Virus record (IMG/VR): IMGVR_UViG_3300044733_004754
Length of the DNA: 64,000 nt
From: a virus
Direction: 5' to 3' (one strand)
The position numbers were made by a program, and so were the translations under genes. Positions 46,667 to 56,539 of the stretch are shown here, piece by piece (position 1 is the first letter of the stretch; the number at the start of each line of letters is the position of its first letter). The notes under the pieces were generated by a model that had not been told where the DNA came from, made no database searches, and saw only the letters and a list, made by a program, of their open reading frames with translations.

Positions 46667-47695
46667 ATGCAATGGATTGATGTGAAATATATTGGTGCGC
46701 TAGCACCAAGGCTCTCAATGTTTACACGGAAGCACGAGACACTGTGGAATATGAGATGTCCAATATGTGGTGACTCACGCAAGAGTAAAACAAAGGCGCG
46801 TGGATATATTTTAGGCCGTGATGGCAAATTTATCTACACGTGCCATAATTGTAATGTTACTATGCCTTTCTCAAAGTTTTTGGAACAAGTAGACCCAAAT
46901 GCTTATAATGACTACCGGCGTGAAACCTTCCTAGAACGAAAAGGAAGTACAGAAAGGATAGTTGAGCCAGAGCCCGATATATCCAGGTTTATTACGCCGA
47001 AATTCATTAAATTTACAGCGCTGTCGGGATTAAAGAAGATCTCGCAGTTGCCTGTTGAACATCCAGCAAAGCGTTATGTTGTAGGTAGGAAGATCCCTCC
47101 CCACATGCACTCGAAGTTGTTCTATGCTCCTAAGTTTAAAGCATGGACAAATACTATTATTCCTAACAAATTCGATCTTTCAAATAAAGATGAGCCACGT
47201 TTAATTATTCCTTTTGTGGATCAGAATGGAAATCTGTTCGGCTATCAAGGACGGGCATTCTTTGATGTAGAGCTTAGATACATAACAATAATGCTTGATG
47301 AAGAGAAACCAAAAGTATATGGATTGGAGAGACTTGATGTACGAAAGAAAGTATTTGTTGTTGAAGGGCCGATTGATTCTATGTTCCTTTCTAATTGTAT
47401 TGCCATGGGTAGCTCTCACTTGGATAGAGCGTCTCAGCGGCTAGGAATCACACCTAGTAATACGGTTGTTGTTTATGATAATGAACCACGTAATAAAAAT
47501 ATTGTTAGCGCTATTGAAAAGTGTATCAATGCAGGTTATAATGTGTGTATATGGCCAGACACCGTCACGCATAAAGACATCAACGAAATGATTTGTGGTG
47601 GGTTATCGTCGTCAGATATTCACAATATTATAGAAAACAATACATTTAAAGATTTAACAGCAAGATTGAGGTTATCGCAATGGAAAAAAATATGA
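46667..47695 (+). CDS. gp61: DNA primase gp61
   Basis: RCPICGDS...CHNC zinc finger, YQGR, VEGPIDS, DNEPRN, KDINEM. Confidence 0.95.
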   Translation: MQWIDVKYIGALAPRLSMFTRKHETLWNMRCPICGDSRKSKTKARGYILGRDGKFIYTCHNCNVTMPFSKFLEQVDPNAYNDYRRETFLERKGSTERIVEPEPDISRFITPKFIKFTALSGLKKISQLPVEHPAKRYVVGRKIPPHMHSKLFYAPKFKAWTNTIIPNKFDLSNKDEPRLIIPFVDQNGNLFGYQGRAFFDVELRYITIMLDEEKPKVYGLERLDVRKKVFVVEGPIDSMFLSNCIAMGSSHLDRASQRLGITPSNTVVVYDNEPRNKNIVSAIEKCINAGYNVCIWPDTVTHKDINEMICGGLSSSDIHNIIENNTFKDLTARLRLSQWKKI

Positions 47696-47889
47696 AGACG
47701 TTACTGAGTACTTACTATGGTGACGGAAATGGCAGGGCAGCGCGTTTGTATGCTGTAAGACAGATGAATGAGACGTTTGAGATCGAGTTTATGGAAAACG
47801 ATAAAATTGTTAGTTCAGTACCCATCCCATATAGTGAAAGGTTTGCTGAAGATGCATGTGAAAATTGGGTGGAAGGTATCATTAAATGA
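47692..47889 (+). CDS. Hypothetical protein
   Basis: 65-aa coupled ORF ending AEDACENWV. Confidence 0.6.
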   Translation: MKTLLSTYYGDGNGRAARLYAVRQMNETFEIEFMENDKIVSSVPIPYSERFAEDACENWVEGIIK

Positions 47890-48572
47890 ACGTTAAGTTA
47901 ATTAGTTATCAAAAGCCTAGTAAAGAACTTGTTTCGGAGGGTTTGTATGACGTACAAGAGCTCGTTGCCTATTGCGCACGTGTCAGCAATCCGTCAAACC
48001 AGCATAACACGGAAACTTCCGCAAAGCTCATCAAATACCTCATTAAACACCAACACTGGTCACCACTTGAAATGGTCTCAGCCTGTCTTGAAATCACAAC
48101 CACCCGAGACATTGCCCGCCAAATCCTCCGTCACAGAAGTTTCAGTTTCCAGGAGTTCTCCCAGCGTTACGCAGACCCCACACGCGAAATGGATTTCGTA
48201 CTACGAGACTGCCGTCTTCAGGACAACAACAATCGACAAAATAGTGTAGATATTAATCCACGCGAAAACGATCAGCATCGACAGCTGCTCTATCAATGGC
48301 AGCAAATGCAACAACGCGTTTTAACCGAAGCAAAAATGGCCTATGAATGGGCTGTAAGCAAGGGTATTGCAAAGGAAGTTGCACGCGCTGTATTGCCGGA
48401 AGGACTCACTCTCTCGCGTCTTTATATGAACGGAACCCTGCGTTCATGGATACACTATATACAGCTCCGATCTGCCAACGGAACTCAAAAAGAGCATATG
48501 GAAATAGCAAAAGCATGTGCTGTAGTTATTGCTGAAGTATTTCCTCTGACATCACAAGTCGTTTCTGAATAA
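47886..48572 (+). CDS. thyX: FAD-dependent thymidylate synthase
   Basis: HWSPLE, RHRSFSFQEFSQRY, ARAVLP, TQKEH. Confidence 0.95.
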   Translation: MNVKLISYQKPSKELVSEGLYDVQELVAYCARVSNPSNQHNTETSAKLIKYLIKHQHWSPLEMVSACLEITTTRDIARQILRHRSFSFQEFSQRYADPTREMDFVLRDCRLQDNNNRQNSVDINPRENDQHRQLLYQWQQMQQRVLTEAKMAYEWAVSKGIAKEVARAVLPEGLTLSRLYMNGTLRSWIHYIQLRSANGTQKEHMEIAKACAVVIAEVFPLTSQVVSE

Positions 48573-48591
48573 TAATAAATTGGAGCTTTGT

Positions 48592-50406
48592 ATGAAGGAT
48601 ACCTTTCTTGGTATTGAGGTAGATTATTCGCGTGATGGTCTTTTTGATGAACTTGGCATCAAACGTCTTCGTGAATCGTATATGAAAGATGATGAAACAA
48701 GTCCTCAGCATAGATTTGCATTCGTGTCAAAACAATTCGGCAGTAACCCAGAGCATGCGCAGCGTCTTTACGAATATTCTAGTAAACATTGGCTTTCCTA
48801 CTCTACTCCCATTCTGTCTTTTGGGCGTAGTGCTAGGGGATTGCCTATTTCATGTTTTCTACCATACCTACACGATAGTGCAGAGGGTTTGGTGGATTGT
48901 CTGTCGGAAGTGAACTGGTTATCAATGCTTGGAGGAGGTATTGGAATTGGAGTTGGAATACGTTCTGCTGATGATAAGTCTACTGGTATTATGCCTCACC
49001 TACGCACTTATGACGCATCCTCGCTTGCATATCGTCAGGGTCGTACTCGTCGTGGCAGTTATGCTGCATATCTTGACATTTCCCACCCTGATGTTCATCT
49101 CTTCCTTGAGATGCGTAAACCCACAGGCGATCCTAATATGCGTGCCCTGAATCTGCATCATGGAATTAATATTACAAATGATTTTATGCAGATTATTGAA
49201 AAGTCTATGAAAGACCCTAACGCAGATGACAGTTGGGAGCTTCGCGATCCTCATAACAAAGAGGTGCGAGAAGTTGTATCAGCGAAGGAATTGTGGCAAA
49301 AGATCCTTGATTTGAGGATGCACACAGGTGAGCCTTACTTGCACTTTATTGACACCAGTAATAATGCTATGCCTAGCTTTCAAAAGGAGAAAGGCCTTTC
49401 TATCAGGCAATCGAACCTTTGTAGTGAAATTGTTCTACCTACAGATCGAAACCGGACCGCTGTGTGCTGTCTGTCGTCTGTTAACTTGGAGTATTACGAT
49501 GATTGGAAAAATGACAGACATTTTCTTCGGGACGTGGCCGAGATGCTTGATAACGTTCTACAGCATTTCATTGATAATGCTCCTGATAGCATATCACGAG
49601 CAAAATATTCTGCTAGCATGGAACGGTCTATTGGTGTTGGTGCCCTCGGTTTTCATGCATATCTACAAAAAGAGGGCGTTGCGTTCGAAGGTGTCGTAGC
49701 AAAGATTATCAATAACAAGATCTTTAAACACATCAGCAGTGGGCTTGATACAGCCAACCTTGAATTAGGTAAAGAACGAGGGGAAGCCCCTGATACAAAA
49801 GGAACTGGCCGCAGGTTCTCACATACCATGGCTATTGCTCCTAATGCTAGCTCCAGCATTATTATGGGCAACACAAGTCCTTCCATTGAACCGTATCGTG
49901 CTAATGCTTATCGTCAAGACACCCTTTCCGGTGCTCATTTAAATAAAAACAAATGGTTGGATCGTGTTATTCAGAAACACCTTCAGTATGGAGACGAAAA
50001 CGCATCAATCAGTACCGATGAATATGATGAAATCTGGTCAAGTATTATCGCTAACGATGGATCTGTTCAGCACCTTGATTTTCTTGATGAGCAGACGAAA
50101 GATGTATTTAAGACGTCGATGGAAATTGATCAACGTTGGATTATTGAACATGCTGCTGATCGTCAAAAGTATATCGATCAGGCGCAGTCGCTGAACGTAT
50201 TTTTCCGTCCAGACAGTGACATTAAGTACATTCATGCGGTTCACTTCCTTGCATGGAAGTTGGGCCTTAAAACACTGTATTACTGCCGTAGTGAGAAACT
50301 AGCCAAGGCAGATAAAGTATCAAAGAGGATCGAACGTCAAGTAATCCAAGAAATCGATCTCAAAGCTGTTGCTGATGGCGACGTATGCCTTGCATGTGAG
50401 GGATAA
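48592..50406 (+). CDS. nrdA: Ribonucleotide reductase class I large subunit
   Basis: PISCF, QSNLCSEI, VCCLSS, APNASS, DQAQS, TLYY, C-terminal CLAC. Confidence 0.95.
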   Translation: MKDTFLGIEVDYSRDGLFDELGIKRLRESYMKDDETSPQHRFAFVSKQFGSNPEHAQRLYEYSSKHWLSYSTPILSFGRSARGLPISCFLPYLHDSAEGLVDCLSEVNWLSMLGGGIGIGVGIRSADDKSTGIMPHLRTYDASSLAYRQGRTRRGSYAAYLDISHPDVHLFLEMRKPTGDPNMRALNLHHGINITNDFMQIIEKSMKDPNADDSWELRDPHNKEVREVVSAKELWQKILDLRMHTGEPYLHFIDTSNNAMPSFQKEKGLSIRQSNLCSEIVLPTDRNRTAVCCLSSVNLEYYDDWKNDRHFLRDVAEMLDNVLQHFIDNAPDSISRAKYSASMERSIGVGALGFHAYLQKEGVAFEGVVAKIINNKIFKHISSGLDTANLELGKERGEAPDTKGTGRRFSHTMAIAPNASSSIIMGNTSPSIEPYRANAYRQDTLSGAHLNKNKWLDRVIQKHLQYGDENASISTDEYDEIWSSIIANDGSVQHLDFLDEQTKDVFKTSMEIDQRWIIEHAADRQKYIDQAQSLNVFFRPDSDIKYIHAVHFLAWKLGLKTLYYCRSEKLAKADKVSKRIERQVIQEIDLKAVADGDVCLACEG

Positions 50407-50655
50407 ATGAAAAGAATTCTAAAGTTTGAAGCACCTTGGTGCACCAAATGTAAGCAGATGGATAAAGTCATGGAGGGTATGCACATACCTTTCCATGTCG
50501 AAAAAATCGATGTAGAAGATAACATTGAATCAACCATATTTTATGGTATCAAAGGTATTCCACATATGATTATTCTTGATGAAAACAATAACATCCTTCA
50601 AAGAATTAGCGGTACATTTACTCAACAACAATTAGAAGAGGCATTACAACAATGA
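50407..50655 (+). CDS. Thioredoxin-like protein
   Basis: APWCTKCK and GIP cis-Pro motif; next to nrdA. Confidence 0.85.
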   Translation: MKRILKFEAPWCTKCKQMDKVMEGMHIPFHVEKIDVEDNIESTIFYGIKGIPHMIILDENNNILQRISGTFTQQQLEEALQQ

Positions 50656-51080
50656 AGAAATTACTAGCCCTTATTTTACTTGTTCCTTGTTTAGCTTTCG
50701 CTCAAAACAAAACAGGTGTTACATATGATGTTGTGTTGACACGCGTCATTGATGGAGATACTGTTGCTTTTCAAGCAAATTGGCTTCCCGATCCATTGAA
50801 GAAAGAGTTGTCTATTCGTGTGTATGGTGTTGATACACCAGAGAAGTCTTTTCGTGCAAAATGTGAATCAGAAGCTAAACGTGGAGAAGCAGCAACACAA
50901 TTCACCAAGGACCTTATCAATAAAAGTACAAAACGTCAAATTATCCTTATGGATTGGGACAAATACGGCGGTCGTGTACTTGGTGATATCGTTTTAGATG
51001 GTAGGAGTCTTCGTCAGCAACTGATTGCAAATGGTTTTGCAAGAGAGTATTTTGGTGAAGCAAAGATAAGCTGGTGTTAA
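50652..51080 (+). CDS. Secreted thermonuclease (SNase-like)
   Basis: Signal peptide, VIDGDT, IRVYGVDTPE, DKYGGRVL, GFAREY. Confidence 0.9.
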   Translation: MKKLLALILLVPCLAFAQNKTGVTYDVVLTRVIDGDTVAFQANWLPDPLKKELSIRVYGVDTPEKSFRAKCESEAKRGEAATQFTKDLINKSTKRQIILMDWDKYGGRVLGDIVLDGRSLRQQLIANGFAREYFGEAKISWC

Positions 51081-51728
51081 ATGATTGGTCCTATTGATTC
51101 ATGGCAGAAGTTTGACGTATTTGATCCGGATCTTATCGAAAGACTCCAGCAATACTATGACTCTATAGGTGTTTATAGAACACCGGTTATGAAGAAAGCA
51201 GATCCAGGCAAGGCTCTTCAATGGGTCGAGCCTATTCTGCGGAAATATTATCCAATCAAAAAGTTTCTTGGTGGGAATTTCTATAAGCATGAAGTTCCAT
51301 ACCACCCACACGTTGATCATTTACCTGAATGGCCTCTTGCTGTTAATTTTGTTATTCCCATTTATATTGAAGGTACTGGTGTTGATATGATTGTATTTGA
51401 TCAACGATGGCATATGAAACCTATAACATGGTCTATGGTTCAAAAAGTGAACGAATTTTTTCGTAATGGATTCTCTGTTACCATGCCTGAGCAGGGTATA
51501 CCTGGGACACAGGAGATCGAAGGACACACAGGAAAAGATATTGACCGCGCATTTTGGGAGCGACACCTTGATCATGCACACGCTTATTACTATGGTTTAT
51601 CGGGTAAAGCGTTCCCTTATGTGCCGGGAAGTCTTATAATGTTTGAGACAAAGCATATACATTGTACAGGTAAATTCAAAGGCCTCAAGCTAGGTCTAAC
51701 ATTAAGATATTCAGTCGAGGAAGTATGA
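51081..51728 (+). CDS. Hypothetical protein, possible DSBH oxygenase
   Basis: PHVD...FETKHIHCT pattern. Confidence 0.5.
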   Translation: MIGPIDSWQKFDVFDPDLIERLQQYYDSIGVYRTPVMKKADPGKALQWVEPILRKYYPIKKFLGGNFYKHEVPYHPHVDHLPEWPLAVNFVIPIYIEGTGVDMIVFDQRWHMKPITWSMVQKVNEFFRNGFSVTMPEQGIPGTQEIEGHTGKDIDRAFWERHLDHAHAYYYGLSGKAFPYVPGSLIMFETKHIHCTGKFKGLKLGLTLRYSVEEV

Positions 51729-52714
51729 ACGCTACTAAAAGAAAATTAAAACTAACAGATGAAAGAAGTTCATTCAAACCATTTAACTACCCTTGGGCAT
51801 ATGATGCATGGTTGAAACATGAACAGAGTCACTGGCTACACACCGAAGTTCCAATGATTGAGGATGTGAAAGATTGGAAGAACAAACTAACAGTATCCGA
51901 AAAGAAGTTCTTAACAAATATCTTCCGGTTCTTTACGCAGGGAGATGTGGACGTTGCGGGCGGATACGTCAAGAACTACTTACCGTACTTTCCGCAGCCG
52001 GAGGTGCGAATGATGTTGAGTGGTTTTGCTGCAAGGGAAGCACTTCATGTAGCTGCTTACAGTCACTTGATCGAGACCTTAGGAATGCCGGAGTCAACGT
52101 ACAACGAGTTCCTAGAGTACGAAGAGATGAGAGCGAAGCACGACTACTTCTTATCGATTGCAGGCCAGGATCAGCAGACAATTGCACAGCAGATTGCGGC
52201 ATTCAGCGCGTTTACAGAGGGAATGCAGCTTTTTTCGAGCTTCATCATGCTCCTAAACTTTCCACGTCATGGGAAGATGAAAGGGATGGGTCAAATTGTG
52301 ACATGGAGTATTGTAGATGAAACAATGCATGCAGAGTCTATGATAAAGTTGTTCCGTACATTCATCGAAGAAAACAGGGACATTTGGAATGATGAGCTTA
52401 AAGGACAAATCTATACAATTGCTGGAAAAATGGTTGAGCTCGAAGATCGGTTTATCGATTTATCATTTAGTATGGGTAGTATGGATAATCTGGACGCTGA
52501 CGACGTTAAACGTTATATCCGCTATATTACTGATCGTCGCCTTATCAGTCTTGGTCTCAAAGGTATTATGAAGGTAAAGAAGAACCCTTTGCCTTGGGTC
52601 GAAGAAATGATTAATGCTCCAACACATACAAACTTTTTTGAAAACCGTGCTACCGACTATGCGAAGGGCGCGGTAACTGGTTCGTGGGATGAGGTTTGGG
52701 CCAAAGCGGCCTAA
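51725..52714 (+). CDS. nrdB: Ribonucleotide reductase class I small subunit
   Basis: FFTQGD, REALHVAAY, EGMQLFSSF, DETMH, NFFENRATDY. Confidence 0.96.
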   Translation: MNATKRKLKLTDERSSFKPFNYPWAYDAWLKHEQSHWLHTEVPMIEDVKDWKNKLTVSEKKFLTNIFRFFTQGDVDVAGGYVKNYLPYFPQPEVRMMLSGFAAREALHVAAYSHLIETLGMPESTYNEFLEYEEMRAKHDYFLSIAGQDQQTIAQQIAAFSAFTEGMQLFSSFIMLLNFPRHGKMKGMGQIVTWSIVDETMHAESMIKLFRTFIEENRDIWNDELKGQIYTIAGKMVELEDRFIDLSFSMGSMDNLDADDVKRYIRYITDRRLISLGLKGIMKVKKNPLPWVEEMINAPTHTNFFENRATDYAKGAVTGSWDEVWAKAA

Positions 52715-52736
52715 TTTTAATTTAATTTGTGAGGAA

Positions 52737-53747
52737 ATGATGAGAAATTTTATTGGTGTATTTTTAATGCTTTTATCTGGTTATGTTAGTGCTCAAAACA
52801 TTATTACAGGAGCAGGAGCAACGTTCCCATATCCAATCTATGCAAAATGGGCGGAAGCGTACAAGAAAGAATCTGGTGTCGGATTGAACTATCAAAGTAT
52901 TGGTAGTTCGGGCGGTATCCGACAAATTAACTCGGGTACGGTTACGTTTGGTGCCTCAGACGCTCCTGTAAAAGGGGATGAGTTAGAAAAAAGAGGACAG
53001 GTGCAGTTCCCTGCAATTATTGGAGGGACTGTACCAATTGTAAACTTAGATGGGTTTGCACCTGGTGAACTACGGATTACAGGTCCTGTTCTTGCACGGG
53101 TTTTTATGGGTACGATCACTCGTTGGAACGACCCTCAACTCCGTGAGTTAAATCCTGGAAAAAATCTTCCTAACTCTGCTATTACAGTAGTTCACCGAGC
53201 AGATGGATCTGGTACAACATTCAACTTCACTGATTATTTGACAGTTGTTAGTAAGGAGTGGGAAGAAAAAGTTGGAAGAGGTGCAGCAGTAAAGTGGCCA
53301 GCTGCTAGTTCAGTCGGCGGTAAAGGCAATGAAGGTGTAGCTGCTAATGTTGGTAGAATTAAAGGATCAATCGGTTATGTTGAATATGCTTATGTTAAAA
53401 AGAATAACATGACATATCTCAAATTACAAAATAAAGATGGAGCATTTGTCGATCCAGATGATACATCATTTGCTGCTGCAGCAGAGGGGGCGGACTGGTT
53501 TAGCATACCGGGAATGGGTCTCAGTATTGTTGAACAGCCTGGTAAGATTACTTGGCCTATCAGTACTGCTAGCTTCATTATCATGTACAAAGAGCCAAAG
53601 GATAAAAAAGCAAGTGATGATGTGTTGAAGTTTTTTGACTGGGCGTTTAAAAATGGTGCCAAAATGAGTGAAGAACTAGACTATGTGCACTTGCCTGTAT
53701 CTCTTCAAAACGAAATTAGGAAACGTGTTTGGTCTCAAATTAAGTGA
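52737..53747 (+). CDS. pstS: Phosphate ABC transporter substrate-binding protein
   Basis: Signal peptide, GAGATFPYP, YQSIGSSGG, FGASD, RADGSGTT. Confidence 0.95.
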   Translation: MMRNFIGVFLMLLSGYVSAQNIITGAGATFPYPIYAKWAEAYKKESGVGLNYQSIGSSGGIRQINSGTVTFGASDAPVKGDELEKRGQVQFPAIIGGTVPIVNLDGFAPGELRITGPVLARVFMGTITRWNDPQLRELNPGKNLPNSAITVVHRADGSGTTFNFTDYLTVVSKEWEEKVGRGAAVKWPAASSVGGKGNEGVAANVGRIKGSIGYVEYAYVKKNNMTYLKLQNKDGAFVDPDDTSFAAAAEGADWFSIPGMGLSIVEQPGKITWPISTASFIIMYKEPKDKKASDDVLKFFDWAFKNGAKMSEELDYVHLPVSLQNEIRKRVWSQIK

Positions 53748-53757
53748 AGGATGCGAC

Positions 53758-54450
53758 ATGGCTAAGGGATACTTAAATTTTCGTGATGGAACAGAACTTG
53801 ATCTTGATTATGCCTTCCCAAGCCATCTCAAGAAAGTAGCCATGTCAATGTCAGGAGGGGTGGAGTCAGCAGCACTCTACCTTCTCCTCGAACGTTTCTA
53901 TGGTAAAGAAAACGTGTATGTGTTTACAGCTCATGTACCACGACGTTATTGGGAAGCCGTGAAAGCACTTGAGCTCTGTGATTATCTTGGCGTTACACAA
54001 AGAAAGGTTATATCAGATACTCCTGCGTTTAATGATATGAGTCCTCCTGAGAACAAACGCATGAGGCTACTTGCTAAGCAGCAATGTAATTTTGATGGAT
54101 GGTTCAATGGGGCCAATAAACTCATGTTCGCTCCGACAAAAATACTATCACAAACACAAAAAAATTTTGTTAGATCAGAAAACGTTTACCTGCCTTTTAT
54201 TGACCTCTTAAAACAAAACACGATCGAAATCTTTTACCTTCTTAGTCGACAAGATGTCTTGTTTAACACTCACTCCTGTACGATAAACCATTTCAATAAC
54301 AATCATTGTGGTACGTGTTACTGTTGTCATGAACGAGTGAGAGGGTTTGCTGTTTTGGGCGAGCGAGACAAAGCTACATATAACGTCGAGTGGAATAACA
54401 TGCTTCAAGAGTGTTTCTACAGCGACAAACATATAGTTAAAAACTGGTAG
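53758..54450 (+). CDS. QueC-like PP-loop ATPase
   Basis: MSGGVES PP-loop, PF..L.K, THSC...CGTCYCCHER zinc site. Confidence 0.75.
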   Translation: MAKGYLNFRDGTELDLDYAFPSHLKKVAMSMSGGVESAALYLLLERFYGKENVYVFTAHVPRRYWEAVKALELCDYLGVTQRKVISDTPAFNDMSPPENKRMRLLAKQQCNFDGWFNGANKLMFAPTKILSQTQKNFVRSENVYLPFIDLLKQNTIEIFYLLSRQDVLFNTHSCTINHFNNNHCGTCYCCHERVRGFAVLGERDKATYNVEWNNMLQECFYSDKHIVKNW

Positions 54451-54459
54451 GAGTAGCTT

Positions 54460-54639
54460 ATGCTTGACGACGAACAAGATGGACCAATTATCTGTTACAA
54501 CTGTGACGCTGAATTTATCGTCCACACCCCATACAAAACAGAGGAATCAGTATGCTTTTGTCCATACTGTGGTAGTGAGGTCGAAGGAGACGATGAAGAA
54601 ATGGATGACGATCTTTTTGACGAACTTGATCCGAGATGA
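54460..54639 (+). CDS. Zinc-ribbon protein with acidic tail (59 aa, absent from ORF track)
   Basis: AGGAG RBS; CYNC...FCPYCG then D/E-rich tail. Confidence 0.8.
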   Translation: MLDDEQDGPIICYNCDAEFIVHTPYKTEESVCFCPYCGSEVEGDDEEMDDDLFDELDPR

Positions 54640-55031
54640 CTTGGCTCCTTAACGGAGCCGTTTTTGAAGAACCTTCTGAAAATGATTATGGATTTGTATA
54701 CAAAATAACAAACAATATTGATAGTAAAGTTTACATTGGTAAAAAGTTATTTTGGTTTAAGAAGACAAAGACATTAAAAGGCAAGAAAAAAAGATATTTG
54801 GCTCCTTCTGATTGGAAAACATATTTCGGTAGTTCTAAAGCAGTTCAAGAAGACGTTAAACGTCTTGGTGAAGATATGTTTACTCGTGAAATAATCCGTC
54901 TATGTAAGAATAAAGGTGAATGTTCATATTATGAAGCCAAATTTCAATTCGAACATAATGTTCTATACGAACCACAAAGGTATTACAACGACTGGATTAT
55001 ATGTCGTGTGCATAGAAAACACATATTATGA
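54636..55031 (+). CDS. GIY-YIG endonuclease (Seg-like, catalytic domain only)
   Basis: GFVYKIT...YIGKK, YFGSS, FTREI, YYN. Confidence 0.85.
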   Translation: MTWLLNGAVFEEPSENDYGFVYKITNNIDSKVYIGKKLFWFKKTKTLKGKKKRYLAPSDWKTYFGSSKAVQEDVKRLGEDMFTREIIRLCKNKGECSYYEAKFQFEHNVLYEPQRYYNDWIICRVHRKHIL

Positions 55032-56539
55032 ATAATTATGTTGATGTTGTAATATTTGAGGCTGCGTGGTCCTACATCACACAGACTACTACCGATGTTC
55101 ACCTTAATGAAAAGCACGGTGGCATTTCATTTAATGGTGACCGTACATCATATCCATCTCGTTTCCTTGGACCCTCCAAAATAGCACAACGAATTCGCGA
55201 AGGTGGATATACTTGCCAAGTCATATCTTTTGTTCACTTCCTCAATCAAGATCAACTTGTAAGTATTATTAACAAGTTCGTTGGGCCTAGAACTATTATT
55301 GGTATTAGTTCAACTTTTGCCAATGGTAGAGGATGTAAAGCCATTGCTCATTTTATGCGCAATATCATTGGCCCAAAGATCACTAACACAAACAAAACAA
55401 TTATCGGTGGACCTTCGGCTCACATTTGGTCAAAGATTATTGAAAAAAACGGCTATCAGTTTGACCACGTTATAGTAAGTTTTGCTGAGAACAAAATCCT
55501 TCAAATCATTAATAACATTAAGAATTCGGGTCTCTTTAGAAAGATCACTGCACCTTGGGACATTCAAACCTGCCAGCATAGGTGGCATTCTTCATCTATT
55601 ATTCAACGTAATGAGTCACTTCCGCTAGAGTGTGCAAGAGGATGTATCTTTGAGTGTAAGTTCTGTCGTTTTACTATGCTAGGTAAAAAGAAAGGCACAT
55701 ATGTACGGGACATCAATTTAATAAAAGACGAAATGTTGTATAACTATGATCATTTTGGTACAACAAACTATATGTTGACTGATGATACCTTCAATGACAC
55801 ACCAGAGAAGGTTGAGGCCTGGGCGGATATGGTAAGTAGCCTACCTTTCAAAATCCAGTATGTGACATACTTGCGCGTGGACTTGATACATCGCTTTCCA
55901 CATACAGCCAAACTCCTGCAAGACTCGGGTCTGCTAGCCACGCATTTTGGTATAGAGTCCCTAACGCCGAAAGCGTCAACCCTCATCGGCAAAGCATGGT
56001 CAGGTAAACATGCACGTGAGTATGTTCCTGAGCTTACTAAAAATGTATGGGGTGACAAAATAAATGTGTTCATATCTTTGATAGCAGGACTACCTCATGA
56101 AACACCAGACGATTGGCAAAGAGCAGGAGAATGGGCTGTTGAAAACAATCTTAGTGCCTATTATGCGACGTTAGGCATAGAAAAGTTCAGAAATAACTAC
56201 AAAGGTATCTGGAATGAAGATGAACGTGAAGGTATAAGCTACTTCGATATTCATGCTGAAGAGTATGGATATCAATTCGTTACACATAAAGGTCGATCAA
56301 TGTGGATCCTTGATGGAATGACCGAACACGATGTAGCAAGACGTGTTGCGCCGTTGAATGATTACTTCGACAAGCATTGTCGGGTCACTGCTTGGGGCAC
56401 AATGGAGATGTTATCACTAGGTATTAATCAAAATTATATATTAAACAACCCTCGTAATGTTGTATATGGCAATACAACCTTCAATACTCTCCGTGATGAT
56501 TTCGTAACAAATTACTTCCACGGACTGATGGAATTATAA
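55028..56539 (+). CDS. Radical SAM protein with B12-binding-like N domain (class B-like)
   Basis: IGISSTF, IIGG, ARGCIFECKFC, DDTFND, FGIES, IAGLPHET. Confidence 0.85.
   Translation: MNNYVDVVIFEAAWSYITQTTTDVHLNEKHGGISFNGDRTSYPSRFLGPSKIAQRIREGGYTCQVISFVHFLNQDQLVSIINKFVGPRTIIGISSTFANGRGCKAIAHFMRNIIGPKITNTNKTIIGGPSAHIWSKIIEKNGYQFDHVIVSFAENKILQIINNIKNSGLFRKITAPWDIQTCQHRWHSSSIIQRNESLPLECARGCIFECKFCRFTMLGKKKGTYVRDINLIKDEMLYNYDHFGTTNYMLTDDTFNDTPEKVEAWADMVSSLPFKIQYVTYLRVDLIHRFPHTAKLLQDSGLLATHFGIESLTPKASTLIGKAWSGKHAREYVPELTKNVWGDKINVFISLIAGLPHETPDDWQRAGEWAVENNLSAYYATLGIEKFRNNYKGIWNEDEREGISYFDIHAEEYGYQFVTHKGRSMWILDGMTEHDVARRVAPLNDYFDKHCRVTAWGTMEMLSLGINQNYILNNPRNVVYGNTTFNTLRDDFVTNYFHGLMEL

Noticed and set aside
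51874-52320. 148-aa alternative-frame ORF in nrdB, and the many other nested or antisense ORFs in the track
   Set aside because: They lie wholly within well-supported genes and lack RBS or motifs; shadow ORFs
24953-52714. Inteins or group I introns in gp43, uvsX, gp41, nrdA, nrdB
   Set aside because: The ORFs are continuous and near normal length, with no C...HN splice motifs or embedded homing endonucleases
52690-52740. Pho box upstream of pstS
   Set aside because: Only about 20 nt separate nrdB and pstS, with no CTGTCAT-like tandem repeat
54464-54652. 62-aa ORF in the supplied track
   Set aside because: Wrong frame; the overlapping 54460-54639 frame has an RBS and a clear CxxC...CPYC zinc ribbon
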